From Candidatus Gorgyraea atricola (GTDB lineage: Bacteria; Omnitrophota; Gorgyraeia; Gorgyraeales; Gorgyraeaceae), in the NCBI GenBank assembly GCA_030765235.1, contig JAVCCW010000029.1, positions 311,666-375,665 on the forward strand: a stretch of DNA of 64,000 nucleotides, written 5' to 3'. Shown piece by piece: positions 29,294 through 39,557 of this stretch. Made by a program: the position numbers and the translations under genes. A model generated the notes under the pieces. It saw only the letters and a list, made by a program, of their open reading frames with translations. It was not told the origin of the DNA and did no database searches. Numbering within the stretch: position 1 is the first letter of the stretch; each line of letters begins with the position of its first letter.

Positions 29294-30468
29294 AATCTAT
29301 AACAGCACCGCAAGGATTTTTGGCAAGCGCAATAAGCTGCGGGATAAAGAGAAGCAAGAGAGATGATCTGGCTTTGCTTTATTCTGAAGTGCCATGTCTA
29401 TGCGCAGGCACTTTTACTACCAATAAGATGAAGTCTGGCTCTGTTATCCTTGCCGAAGACAGGGTAAAAAATGGCATTGCACAGGCAGTTATAGTAAATA
29501 GCGGCAATGCAAACTGCTGTGTTGGAAAAAAAGAATTAATGGATGCTAAAGACATGACTGGTGTGGCTGCAAAAAGTCTGGACTTAGACCCAGAGCATGT
29601 TTTAATCGCGTCAACTGGTATTATAGGCAGACCTTTGCCTATAAAAAAGATCAAGCCCAAGATAGGCGCTTTAGTAAAAGGGCTAAAGAGTTCAGGCGGT
29701 TCAAAGTTTGCTAAGGCGATCATGACTACAGATACTGTGCCAAAAGAGATCGTAACCCAGATAAAGATAGGCCCAGTAAAAGTAAGAATAGCTGGCGCGG
29801 CAAAAGGCGCTGGCATGATCTGTCCTAACATGGCAACCATGCTCGCGTTTTTTACTACAGACGCGGCAATTGAGAAGAGCGCGTTGAATCTGGCATTTAA
29901 GGAAGCTGTTGCTGATTCATTTAATAGGATCACTATTGATGGCGATATGTCTACGAATGACAGTGCTATAATATTTGCAAATGGGCTTGCAGGAAATAAG
30001 ACTATAAAGAAAGGCAGCGCCAGCTACTCTAAATTCCTTAATGCGTTAAAGAATGTCGCAACAGAACTTGCGAGAAAGATGATCCTTGATGGCGAGGGCG
30101 CTACGAAATTTGTAGAAATAATCATTAAAGGCGCGAAGACACAGAAAGACGCGGATACTATCGCAAGGCATGTCGCTGATTCGAGCCTCATAAAGACAAT
30201 GATCGCAGGCGGTGATCCAAATTGGGGAAGAATAGCCGCGAGCGCAGGCTCGGCAGGCATAAAGCTTAATAAAGATAGAGTTGATATATATATTGGAAAA
30301 AAATTAGCAATGAAAAATGGCGCAGCTACGAATGCATCGTTAAGCGCGCTTAAAGGCAAAGAGGTAAAGATAGTAATCGATCTAAAGTCTGGAAGGGCGT
30401 TTAGCAAGATCTGGACGTGTGACCTGACAGAGGAATACGTGAGGATCAACGCGGAGTATGAGACATGA
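29290..30468 (+). CDS. argJ: Ornithine acetyltransferase ArgJ
   Basis: NSGNAN, STGIIG, KGAGMICPNMATML, DGEGATK, DPNWGR. Confidence 0.97.
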   Translation: MKSITAPQGFLASAISCGIKRSKRDDLALLYSEVPCLCAGTFTTNKMKSGSVILAEDRVKNGIAQAVIVNSGNANCCVGKKELMDAKDMTGVAAKSLDLDPEHVLIASTGIIGRPLPIKKIKPKIGALVKGLKSSGGSKFAKAIMTTDTVPKEIVTQIKIGPVKVRIAGAAKGAGMICPNMATMLAFFTTDAAIEKSALNLAFKEAVADSFNRITIDGDMSTNDSAIIFANGLAGNKTIKKGSASYSKFLNALKNVATELARKMILDGEGATKFVEIIIKGAKTQKDADTIARHVADSSLIKTMIAGGDPNWGRIAASAGSAGIKLNKDRVDIYIGKKLAMKNGAATNASLSALKGKEVKIVIDLKSGRAFSKIWTCDLTEEYVRINAEYET

Positions 30469-31310
30469 TGGAAGAAGCGATTAGAAAATCAGCAGTTTTA
30501 ATAGAGGCGTTACCTTATATGAAGGCGTACGCTAGTAAGATATTTGTTATAAAGTACGGCGGCAGTGCGCTCATAGATCCTGAGATAAAAAGGCGCGTGC
30601 TTCAGGATATTGTGTTTATGAGCTATGTTGGGATCAGGCCTATTCTTGTACATGGCGGCGGACCTTTTATAAATGAGGAACTAAAAAAAACAGGAGGGAA
30701 GATAGAATTTAAAGACGGCCTCAGGGTCACGTCAAAAGAGACCATGGAAGTGGTCGATAGAGTCTTAACCGGGGTCAATCAAAGTATCGCGGACGATATT
30801 AAAAAGATAGGCGGCAGGGCTGTGAGTTTAAATAAAGTTGTAAGGGCCAAGCCGCATAAAGAGGCTAAGAAATTAGGTTTCGCGGGAGAGGTTGACACTA
30901 TAAAATCTGACGTGATCAGAAAAGCAGTAAGGCCAAGATCAGTGCCTATAATATCGTCAGTGGGTTTTGGCGCAGATAATAAATCGTATAATATAAATGC
31001 GGATGATGTGAGCTCAGAGGTAGCTGTTGCTGTTAAGGCAGTGAAGCTGGTATTATTGACAGATGTCAAAGGTATTATGAAGAAAAAGGAAGACGAGAAG
31101 ACACTGATCTCTGCTCTGACTATGGAAGAGACAGAAAGGCTCATAGATGAAAATGTTATCCAGGGCGGCATGATACCAAAGGTCAAGGCATGTACAAACG
31201 CTCTGGCAGGAGGCGTGTCAAAGACTCACATAATCGATGGCAGGCTCCCGCACAGTTTGCTGCTGGAGATTTTTACAGACAAAGGAATCGGAACGGAGAT
31301 AGTAAGATGA
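30465..31310 (+). CDS. argB: Acetylglutamate kinase
   Basis: VIKYGG, VHGGGP, NINAD, GGMIPK, LLEIFT..GIGT. Confidence 0.97.
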   Translation: MMEEAIRKSAVLIEALPYMKAYASKIFVIKYGGSALIDPEIKRRVLQDIVFMSYVGIRPILVHGGGPFINEELKKTGGKIEFKDGLRVTSKETMEVVDRVLTGVNQSIADDIKKIGGRAVSLNKVVRAKPHKEAKKLGFAGEVDTIKSDVIRKAVRPRSVPIISSVGFGADNKSYNINADDVSSEVAVAVKAVKLVLLTDVKGIMKKKEDEKTLISALTMEETERLIDENVIQGGMIPKVKACTNALAGGVSKTHIIDGRLPHSLLLEIFTDKGIGTEIVR

Positions 31311-32482
31311 ATACACACGAGCTGATCGCGCAGTACGAGAAGTATGTAATGAAGACTTATACGAGGATCCCCTCTGTTATAGTTAAAGGTAAGGGGCTGA
31401 AGGTGTGGGATCTGGATGGTAATGAGTATCTGGATTTTTTTCCTGGCTGGGCTGTGAGCGGGTTAGGCCACTGTCATCCAGAGGTCGTGAATGCTATAAG
31501 GAATTATGTAAAAAAGATCATACATGTATCCAATAATTATTACAACATGCTCCAGGGAAAGCTGGCGCAGGAGATAATCGAGAATTCCTTTAAAGGTAAA
31601 GTATTTTTCTGCAATAGCGGCGCAGAGGCAAATGAGGGCGCGATAAAGCTGGTCAGGGCCTATGGTGTAGCAAATGGAAAATACGAGATCATCACGATGC
31701 AGAATTCTTTTCATGGGAGGACACTCGCGACCATAACAGCTACTGGACAGCCAAAATACAGCAAGGATTTCGTGCCATTACCAGTTGGTTTTAAGTCAGT
31801 GCCTTTTAATGATATAAAAGCGCTGGAGGCTGGCATAACAGATAAGACTATAGCTATAATGTTAGAGCCAATACAGGGTGAGGGCGGAATAAATGTTGCG
31901 CATGATGACTATATAAAGGAAGTAAGAGAACTTTGCGATAAAAAAGGTTTGATCCTGATATTTGATGAAGTGCAGACAGGCATGGGTAGGACCGGTAAGA
32001 TGTTTTGTTTTCAACATTATGGTGTAGAGCCTGATGTTATGACACTTGCCAAGTCTTTGGCTGGCGGGATCCCGATAGGCGCGCTTGTCGCGTCGAAAAA
32101 ATACGCGGATGTTTTAAAGCCTGGCATGCACGCGTCTACTTTTGGAGGAAGCCCTATTGCATGCAGCGCAGCGCTGGGTGTATTCGAGGCTATAAAAAGA
32201 GAAAAGCTTCTTAAGAATACACAGGAGATGGGAAAATATCTGGTTGAAAAATTGAATGAGCTCAAAAAGAAAAAATCTATTATAAAGGAGATCAGAGGTA
32301 AAGGCCTTATGATAGGCATGGAGCTTAAGATTGAAGGCGCGGCTATAGTGGAGGCGTGTTTTAAAGAGAAGCTGTTGATCAATTGCGCGCATGGCAATGT
32401 ATTAAGACTTATGCCTGGTATAATAGTAACCAAAAAGCAAATAGACAAGGCGATTGAAATTTTGGATAAGGTGATGATTTGA
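31307..32482 (+). CDS. argD: Acetylornithine aminotransferase
   Basis: NSGAEANE, SFHGRT, EPIQGEGG, DEVQTG, TLAK; ATG 31307 overlaps the argB stop. Confidence 0.95.
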   Translation: MNTHELIAQYEKYVMKTYTRIPSVIVKGKGLKVWDLDGNEYLDFFPGWAVSGLGHCHPEVVNAIRNYVKKIIHVSNNYYNMLQGKLAQEIIENSFKGKVFFCNSGAEANEGAIKLVRAYGVANGKYEIITMQNSFHGRTLATITATGQPKYSKDFVPLPVGFKSVPFNDIKALEAGITDKTIAIMLEPIQGEGGINVAHDDYIKEVRELCDKKGLILIFDEVQTGMGRTGKMFCFQHYGVEPDVMTLAKSLAGGIPIGALVASKKYADVLKPGMHASTFGGSPIACSAALGVFEAIKREKLLKNTQEMGKYLVEKLNELKKKKSIIKEIRGKGLMIGMELKIEGAAIVEACFKEKLLINCAHGNVLRLMPGIIVTKKQIDKAIEILDKVMI

Positions 32483-32501
32483 ATAAAAAATGGAGTTATT
32501 T

Positions 32502-33380
32502 ATGAAAAAGGATCTTATAACAATTAAAGATTTATCAGCGCAGGAGATAGGCGAGCTCTTTGAACTCGCAGCTAAGTTCAAGGCCAAGAGAAAGACGCAT
32601 GAGACGCCGCTAAAGAATAAAACTCTGGGTCTAGTTTTTGAAAAGCCGTCGAATAGGACAAGGGTGTCTTTTGAGGTCGGCATGTTTGAGCTGGGCGGGA
32701 ATGCTATTTACTTAGGGGAGAGCGAGGTCAAGCTAGGCAAGAGGGAGTCTGCGAAGGACGCGGCAATGGTGCTCTCAAGATACCTTGACGCAATGGTCAT
32801 AAGGACGTTTTCTCATGATAGATTGCTTGAGATGGCAAAGAATTCTACGATACCTGTAATAAATGGACTGACAGACCTGCTTCACCCATGTCAGGCATTG
32901 AGTGATCTGTTTACAATAAAGGAAAAAAAGGGACTAAAGAATATTACTGTAGCTTTTGTTGGGGATGGCAACAATGTAGTGAATTCGCTCTTGAATGGGT
33001 GTGATAAGCTGGGTATTAAGATAAAAGTCGCGTGTCCAAAAGGCTATGAGCCAAAGGTCGATGCAGGCCAGCTTTTTAATTCGCCTCAAGAAGCAGTTAA
33101 GGATGCGGACATTATTTATACGGACGTGTGGACGAGCATGGGTAAGGAAAAAGAGCAAAAAGAAAGAGCAGAGATATTTAAGAAGTTTCAGATCAATTCT
33201 AAGCTGATGAAATCAGCAAAGAAAGACGCAATGGTAATGCATTGCCTGCCAGCGCACAGGGGCGAAGAGATCACAGACGAGGTAATAGACAGCCCACAAT
33301 CTATTGTAATTGACCAGGCAGAGAATAGGCTCCACGTGCAGAAGGCAATACTTGTGAAATTATTAGGAGATAAATCATGA
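32502..33380 (+). CDS. argF: Ornithine carbamoyltransferase
   Basis: KPSNRTR, HPCQ, YTDVWTSMG, HCLP, AENR. Confidence 0.96.
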   Translation: MKKDLITIKDLSAQEIGELFELAAKFKAKRKTHETPLKNKTLGLVFEKPSNRTRVSFEVGMFELGGNAIYLGESEVKLGKRESAKDAAMVLSRYLDAMVIRTFSHDRLLEMAKNSTIPVINGLTDLLHPCQALSDLFTIKEKKGLKNITVAFVGDGNNVVNSLLNGCDKLGIKIKVACPKGYEPKVDAGQLFNSPQEAVKDADIIYTDVWTSMGKEKEQKERAEIFKKFQINSKLMKSAKKDAMVMHCLPAHRGEEITDEVIDSPQSIVIDQAENRLHVQKAILVKLLGDKS

Positions 33381-34555
33381 AGAATAAAAAGGTGGTTTTA
33401 GCGTATTCAGGCGGGTTAGATACTTCGGTGGCTGTGAGATGGCTTACAGATAAGGGCTATGATGTTGTTGCCTACATGGCTGATGTGGGCCAGGGCGGGA
33501 ATTTTCAGAAGCTCAAGAAAAGGGCCTTGTCTACAGGTGCCTCAAAGGTCGTGATCGAGGATCTCAAAGACGAATTTGCAAAAGACTTTGCCTTTCAGTC
33601 GTTAAAGGCAGGCGCAGTCTATGAATCAAAGTATCTATTGGCAACCGCGCTTTCAAGGCCGATCATCGCAAAGGGCCTGGTGCAGACCGCGAAAAAGGAA
33701 AAGGCTAGTTTTATCGCGCATGGCTGTACAGGAAAAGGCAATGACCAGGTAAGGTTCGAGGTCACTGCAATGGCGCTTGCGCCTGAGCTCGGCATACTGG
33801 CGCCGCTCAGGGAATGGAATATGTATTCCAGAGACGAAGAAATAGAGTATGCAAAGGAAAAAGGCATAGACATAGATGTTACGAAAAAAAGCCCTTATAG
33901 TTTAGATCAGAATATTTGGGGAATAAGCATTGAGTGTGGCGTGCTAGAAGATCCATGGAATGAGCCGCCAGAAGACGCGTATAAAATGAGTATTGATCCA
34001 AAAATGGCGCCAAATAAATCAACATATGTAGAGATCGAGTTTAAAAATGGCATACCAGTAAAGATCAATGGAAAAAAATACGCGGCAGTGGATCTGGTAA
34101 TGAAGCTCAATAAGATCGGCGGCAAAAATGGCATAGGCAGGACTGATCTTGTTGAGAATAGACTCGTTGGCATTAAATCAAGGGAGATATATGAGGCGCC
34201 AGGGGCGTGGATCTTACATAAGGCGCATAAGGATTTAGAGGCGCTTGTGCTCGACAGGGAGCTGTTGCATTTTAAGGAAGTTATTTCCTTAAAATACGCG
34301 GAGCTTATATATTACGGCTTATGGTTTACACCTTTAAAAAAGGCGCTGGACGGATTTATAAACCAGACGCAGAAGAATGTAACAGGCAGTGTGAAGATGA
34401 AGCTGTTAAAGGGTCTTGCGAGTGTAGTAGGGAGAAAATCAGCGCACTCACTTTATAAAAAAGAAATGGCAACATATGACCCAGGCGATAAGTTCGACAG
34501 GACCATTGCGGAAGGATTTATTAAAGTGTGGGGAATGCCGTATAAAAAGGTGTAA
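33377..34555 (+). CDS. argG: Argininosuccinate synthase
   Basis: LAYSGGLDTS, HGCTGKGNDQVRFE, GIKSRE. Confidence 0.98.
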   Translation: MKNKKVVLAYSGGLDTSVAVRWLTDKGYDVVAYMADVGQGGNFQKLKKRALSTGASKVVIEDLKDEFAKDFAFQSLKAGAVYESKYLLATALSRPIIAKGLVQTAKKEKASFIAHGCTGKGNDQVRFEVTAMALAPELGILAPLREWNMYSRDEEIEYAKEKGIDIDVTKKSPYSLDQNIWGISIECGVLEDPWNEPPEDAYKMSIDPKMAPNKSTYVEIEFKNGIPVKINGKKYAAVDLVMKLNKIGGKNGIGRTDLVENRLVGIKSREIYEAPGAWILHKAHKDLEALVLDRELLHFKEVISLKYAELIYYGLWFTPLKKALDGFINQTQKNVTGSVKMKLLKGLASVVGRKSAHSLYKKEMATYDPGDKFDRTIAEGFIKVWGMPYKKV

Positions 34556-34616
34556 GGTGTCAAGTGTCAGGTGTCAGGGAAGGTGCCTTGACACCTGACA
34601 CCTTTAACCTGACACT
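34548..34616. repeat. AGGTGTC heptamer run with inverted GACACCT arm
   Basis: Four AGGTGTC-like units, spacer, then TGACACC-like units; overlaps the argG stop codon. Confidence 0.88.
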
Positions 34617-34632
34617 AACAAGGAGTCCAAAT

Positions 34633-35940
34633 ATGTCAAAGATGTGGGGTGGGAGATTTAACAAGAAAACAGATCCTTTGGTCGAGGAATTTACAAAGTC
34701 GATTCAGTTTGATAAAAAATTGGCTGAATATGATTGTGTGGGATCCCTTGCGCATATTGGAGTGCTTAAAAATGCGAAGCTCTTGACTGGTAAGGAGCAT
34801 AAAGAATTGCAGACGGGCCTGAATGCTATTTTGTCATCGATCAAAAAAGGCACCCTTAAGGTAGATGAGTCTTTCGAAGACATTCATAGCTATATGCAGC
34901 ATCTTCTGGAGAAAAAACTCGGCAAGGTAGCTTTGAAGCTGCATACCTGTAGATCCAGAAATGACCAGGTAGCGCTAGACACAAAACTTTATTGTTTAAA
35001 AAATATTTCGATTGCACTGGAGCTTGTTTCGCAGACAATAAAGAAATTGGCAAAGCTATCCAAGGACAATGCAAAGCAGATCATACCTGCTTATACGCAC
35101 CTGCAGCATGCTATGCCAGTGAGCTTATCTCATTATCTTGATGCATATATTCAGATGTTTTCAAGGGACGCCAAGAGATTAGGCGCTATCTTTGATGATA
35201 TGGAGCCGACCATGGGCGCTGGTGCTGTTGCTGGAACATGTATTGATTCATCAAAGTATAAGATTGATTCAAAACCTTGCAGTCCTGTTAATTCCATAGA
35301 CAGCGTGAGTGACAGGGATTTTGTTGTAGAGATATTGAGTGCCCTGGCAATATCAGGGATGCATCTATCAAGACTGGCAGAGGATCTGATCCTGTGGTCG
35401 ACAAAGGAGTTTGATTTTATTGACATAGATGACGCGTTTTGCACTGGAAGTTCTCTTATGCCGCAGAAGAAAAATCCTGATGTACTGGAGCTCATAAGAG
35501 GCAATGCAGGAAAATTGTATGGCAATTTGATGAGCGTATTAGTAATGATGAAGGGACTACCTTTATCATACAATAGAGACATGCAGCTTGATAAAGAGCC
35601 GCTTTTTAGTTCATTTGAGATCATTCAGGATGAGTTTAGTATTTTGGCAAAACTTTTGCCAAAAATAAAATTCAAGAAAGAAAATATCGCAGAGCAGCTC
35701 AAGGATGAAAGCCTGTACGCTACTGACATGGCTGATTATCTGGTGCAAAAAGGAGTTGCTTTTAAGGACGCGCATACTGTCATCGGCAAACTTGTTAAAA
35801 ATGGCAAAGAGATAAAAGAGATGAAAAACGAGGAACTTCAGAAATTTCATCCTTTGCTGACTCATAAGGCAGTAAAAAAGATCATAGATCCAAAGAGATC
35901 AGTAGCATCTAAAAAATCTATCAGAAGAAAGAAAAGGTAA
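34633..35940 (+). CDS. argH: Argininosuccinate lyase
   Basis: MWGGRF, RSRNDQ, YTHLQ, TGSSLMPQKKNPD, YNRD; ATG 34633 after AGGAG. Confidence 0.97.
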   Translation: MSKMWGGRFNKKTDPLVEEFTKSIQFDKKLAEYDCVGSLAHIGVLKNAKLLTGKEHKELQTGLNAILSSIKKGTLKVDESFEDIHSYMQHLLEKKLGKVALKLHTCRSRNDQVALDTKLYCLKNISIALELVSQTIKKLAKLSKDNAKQIIPAYTHLQHAMPVSLSHYLDAYIQMFSRDAKRLGAIFDDMEPTMGAGAVAGTCIDSSKYKIDSKPCSPVNSIDSVSDRDFVVEILSALAISGMHLSRLAEDLILWSTKEFDFIDIDDAFCTGSSLMPQKKNPDVLELIRGNAGKLYGNLMSVLVMMKGLPLSYNRDMQLDKEPLFSSFEIIQDEFSILAKLLPKIKFKKENIAEQLKDESLYATDMADYLVQKGVAFKDAHTVIGKLVKNGKEIKEMKNEELQKFHPLLTHKAVKKIIDPKRSVASKKSIRRKKR

Positions 35941-35943
35941 GCT

Positions 35944-37176
35944 ATGCATGACTTCAAATACAAACGTAATGAACTTTATTGTGAATCTGTGAGCATAGAA
36001 AAGCTTGCCAGAAGGTATGGCACGCCTCTATATGTTTACAGCAAAAAGACATTTCTGGATCATTACAGAAAATTACGGGATGCGTTTAGGAGAGTAAAAC
36101 CACTTATCTGTTATTCAGTAAAGGCGAATTCGAATCATTCAATATTAAAGACGCTTATTGCTTCAGGCGCGGGCCTGGATATAGTATCTGGCGGCGAGCT
36201 TTACAGGGCGCTTAAGGCAGGGGCTTCGCCAAGGAAGATCGTGTATGCAGGTGTTGGCAAAACAGAAAAAGAGATAGAGTTTGCCATCAAGAGCAATATC
36301 CTGCTTTTTAATGTTGAGTCTTTGCCTGAACTCGAGATGATCAATAAAGTTGCTGGTAGGTTGCGCAAGAAGCAAGCTGTTGCGATCCGCGTAAATCCGG
36401 ATGTAAAGGCGCGTACGCATAAATATATCACCACAGGACACAAACAGAATAAATTTGGCATTGATATTGAGGCTGCGAGAGGTATTTTCCTGTGTCATCG
36501 AGAATTTAGAAATCTGGATATTACGGGCGTGCATCTACATATTGGTTCGCAGATAGTTGACGCAAGGCCGTTTGTGAAAGCCATTGAGAAACTGGTAAGT
36601 TTTGTCCGGAACCTTGAAAAAGCTGGTATAAGGATAAAATGGTTTAATGTCGGCGGGGGCCTTGGAATAATCTATTCCGGCGAGAGGCCGCAGACTGCCC
36701 AGGAATACGCAAAGGCAGTTTTGCCGCTGCTCAAAAAGCTAAATGCCAGGATAATACTTGAGCCAGGCAGGTTTATCGCAGGGAACGCAGGCATACTCGC
36801 TGCAAAGACCATATATATAAAGGAGACACCCAGCAAAAATTTTGCCATAGTGGACAGCGCCATGAATGATCTGGTGAGGCCGAGCCTTTACCATGCCTAT
36901 CATGAGATATTGCCTGTTAGATCCAAATCCTACAAAGGTGATATACGCAGATACGATGTTGTAGGCCCTATTTGTGAAAGCGGAGACTTTCTGGGCAAAG
37001 ACAGGAAATTTATTGACTTAAAACAAGGGGATTTGCTGGCTATCATGAGCGCAGGCGCATATGGCTACAGCATGGCCAGCACCTATAATTCCAGGCCAAG
37101 GCCAGCAGAGGTCCTGGTAGACAGAACTCGCGCCAAACTAGTAACACAGCGCGAAACCTACAAAGATTTAAGATGA
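35944..37176 (+). CDS. lysA: Diaminopimelate decarboxylase
   Basis: YSVKAN, HIGSQ, GGGLG, EPGR, GPICESGD, YNSRP. Confidence 0.97.
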   Translation: MHDFKYKRNELYCESVSIEKLARRYGTPLYVYSKKTFLDHYRKLRDAFRRVKPLICYSVKANSNHSILKTLIASGAGLDIVSGGELYRALKAGASPRKIVYAGVGKTEKEIEFAIKSNILLFNVESLPELEMINKVAGRLRKKQAVAIRVNPDVKARTHKYITTGHKQNKFGIDIEAARGIFLCHREFRNLDITGVHLHIGSQIVDARPFVKAIEKLVSFVRNLEKAGIRIKWFNVGGGLGIIYSGERPQTAQEYAKAVLPLLKKLNARIILEPGRFIAGNAGILAAKTIYIKETPSKNFAIVDSAMNDLVRPSLYHAYHEILPVRSKSYKGDIRRYDVVGPICESGDFLGKDRKFIDLKQGDLLAIMSAGAYGYSMASTYNSRPRPAEVLVDRTRAKLVTQRETYKDLR

Positions 37177-37964
37177 ATAAGCTAAAATTTACGAAAATGG
37201 TTGGGGCTGGGAATGATTTTGTCTTGATTGATATTAGGGACAAGAGACAAGGAACAAGGGACAAGGGCTGGTCTAGGGTTGCGCAGGATTTATGTCAGAG
37301 GAAGACTGGGGTTGGTGCGGATGGGTTGCTTGTACTGGAGAAGTCTAAAAGAGCAGATTTTAGGATGCGCATATTCAATGCTGATGGCAGTGAAGCAGAG
37401 ATGTGTGGCAATGGCCTAAGGTGCGCTGCACTATACGTAGGCAAAAAAGGCAAGGCAAAGGTTGAGACAAAAGCAGGTCTTTATGAAGCGACCATTACAG
37501 GTAAAAATAGAGTTAAGATAAAGATGGAAGAACCCAAGGATTTGAAATCAGGTTTTCCGATCAGAGTAAATGATAGGCGCATAAGAGTGAGTTATGTTGA
37601 TACTGGTGTGCCGCATACAGTGGTTTTTGTGCAGGGCATTGAAAAGATAGACGTTGATTCTATTGGCAGAAGTATAAGATATCATAAAGAATTCAAGCCG
37701 CGTGGCACAAATGTTGATTTTGTCGAAATTATAGACGATAAAAATATAAAGATGCGGACGTATGAGCGCGGAGTAGAAGGGGAGACGCTTGCCTGTGGCA
37801 CGGGAGCAGTGGCGGCGGCGATTATAAGTAGTGTCAGGTGTCAGGTGTCAGGTGTCAATGTGCACACAAAAGGTGGGATTTTAAAGGTTTATATTGGTCA
37901 TAAAGGAGTATATTTAGAAGGAGAAGCGCGAAAGGTTTACCAGGGAGAGGTGAATTATGTTTGA
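37173..37964 (+). CDS. dapF: Diaminopimelate epimerase, with two heptamer-derived insertions
   Basis: GAGNDF, NADGSEAEMCGNG, TYERG..ETLACGTG. Confidence 0.96.
   Translation: MNKLKFTKMVGAGNDFVLIDIRDKRQGTRDKGWSRVAQDLCQRKTGVGADGLLVLEKSKRADFRMRIFNADGSEAEMCGNGLRCAALYVGKKGKAKVETKAGLYEATITGKNRVKIKMEEPKDLKSGFPIRVNDRRIRVSYVDTGVPHTVVFVQGIEKIDVDSIGRSIRYHKEFKPRGTNVDFVEIIDDKNIKMRTYERGVEGETLACGTGAVAAAIISSVRCQVSGVNVHTKGGILKVYIGHKGVYLEGEARKVYQGEVNYV
37236..37267 (+). repeat. (AGGGACA-like)x4 inside dapF
   Basis: AGGGACA AGAGACA AGGAACA AGGGACA AGGG, translated RDKRQGTRDKG. Confidence 0.88.
37831..37858 (+). repeat. (GTGTCAG)x4 inside dapF
   Basis: GTGTCAG x3 + GTGTCAA, translated VRCQVSGV. Confidence 0.9.
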
Positions 37965-38832
37965 AGGTTCAATGACGGCATTGATAACACCGTTTAAAAA
38001 AGGTAAAGTGGATGAAAAAAAGCTCGCGGAGCTTGTGGAATTCCAGATAAAGAATGGCACGAGCGCTATAGTACCGTGCGGTACAACAGGCGAATCAACA
38101 ACGCTTTCTTATGAAGAGCACGAGCATGTTATAGAAGTCGTGGTAGAGGCCGCGAATAAAAAAGTACCTGTTATTGCTGGTACTGGCGCTAACAATACTA
38201 GCGAGGCCCTTGTGCTGACCAAATACGCGAAAGAGGTCGGTGCTGAGGCGTCGCTGCAGATCACGCCTTATTACAACAAGCCCACGCAGGAAGGCATCTA
38301 CCGGCATTTCAAGAAAATCGCTGAAGAGTGCAAGATACCTCTTATTGTCTATAACATCATGTCTCGTACGGGCGTGAATATAACTCCAGAGACAATGCAG
38401 CGCTTGAGCAAAGTAAAGAATATAGTGGGCGTAAAAGAGGCAAGCGGGAACCTGGAGCAGATGGCGCAGATACATGCTTTATGCGGAGATGAGTTTGATC
38501 TGATTTCAGGAGATGATGTCCTGACTCTGCCTCTTTTAGCAATAGGCGGCACAGGTGTTATTTCAGTGGTAAGCAATATTGCGCCAAAAGATGTATCAGA
38601 TATGGTCTCTAAGTTTAGAAAAGGAGACATTGCTGGAGCAAGAAAGCTGCACTACAAGCTTTTACCTTTAGTAAAGGCAATGTTTATAGAGACAAATCCG
38701 ATCCCAGTAAAAACTGCTATGGCCCTTATGGGCATGATAGATGAGCCAGGTTTGCGTCTTCCGATGTGTGACATCTCTGAAGAGAATCTGGTAAAACTTA
38801 AAAAGGCATTAAAGGATTACGGGCTTTTGTAA
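37957..38832 (+). CDS. dapA: 4-hydroxy-tetrahydrodipicolinate synthase
   Basis: GTTGES, PYYNKP, GVKEASG, SGDD, ETNPIPVK. Confidence 0.97.
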   Translation: MFEGSMTALITPFKKGKVDEKKLAELVEFQIKNGTSAIVPCGTTGESTTLSYEEHEHVIEVVVEAANKKVPVIAGTGANNTSEALVLTKYAKEVGAEASLQITPYYNKPTQEGIYRHFKKIAEECKIPLIVYNIMSRTGVNITPETMQRLSKVKNIVGVKEASGNLEQMAQIHALCGDEFDLISGDDVLTLPLLAIGGTGVISVVSNIAPKDVSDMVSKFRKGDIAGARKLHYKLLPLVKAMFIETNPIPVKTAMALMGMIDEPGLRLPMCDISEENLVKLKKALKDYGLL

Positions 38833-38840
38833 GGAGTAAC

Positions 38841-39545
38841 ATGGTAAAACTTGTTATAAGCGGAATTGCAGGAAGAATGGGAAAGCGTATTGCTTTCTTG
38901 GCTTCAAAGGATAAGGAAATTGAAATTACAGGCGGCATAGAATCAGCTGATAATCCTGCTGTTGGACAGGGCGGAGTCGCGTCTGACTTTGCAAAGATAG
39001 CCAGCGCGTGCAGCGTATTGATTGAATTTACTTTTCCAGACGTGACAATGAAACATCTGGAGATCGCTCGCAAGAATAAAGTCGGGATGGTAATAGGTAC
39101 AACAGCTTTATCTAAGGAGCAGATAAGCCAGATAAAAAAGGCGTCCAAGGAAATCCCGATTGTATTTTCTCCTAATATGAGCGTTGGCGCAAATCTATTG
39201 TTCAAGCTTACAGAGATCGCATCAAAGGCGCTTGATGCGAGTTATAAAATTGAAATAGTAGAGGCGCACCATGCCAAGAAAAAGGACGCGCCAAGCGGTA
39301 CTGCCGCTAATATTTCTCTGGTAGTCTCAAAGGTTCGTGGCGAAACACCGCCCATAGAGTCTATAAGAGAAGGCGACATAGTAGGCGATCATAGCGTTAT
39401 GTTCACAGGACAAAACGAAAAAATAGAACTTAAACACAGCGCTTTTTCCAGAGACGTATTTGCTCAGGGCGCGCTTGACGCAGCAAAGTTTATCGCAGCT
39501 AAAAAATCAGGACTTTACACCATGCAGGATGTAATCACGACTTAG
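38841..39545 (+). CDS. dapB: 4-hydroxy-tetrahydrodipicolinate reductase
   Basis: GRMG, VIGTT, PNMSVG, EAHH..KKDAPSGTA. Confidence 0.96.
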   Translation: MVKLVISGIAGRMGKRIAFLASKDKEIEITGGIESADNPAVGQGGVASDFAKIASACSVLIEFTFPDVTMKHLEIARKNKVGMVIGTTALSKEQISQIKKASKEIPIVFSPNMSVGANLLFKLTEIASKALDASYKIEIVEAHHAKKKDAPSGTAANISLVVSKVRGETPPIESIREGDIVGDHSVMFTGQNEKIELKHSAFSRDVFAQGALDAAKFIAAKKSGLYTMQDVITT

Positions 39546-39557
39546 AAAGGGTAGGAT

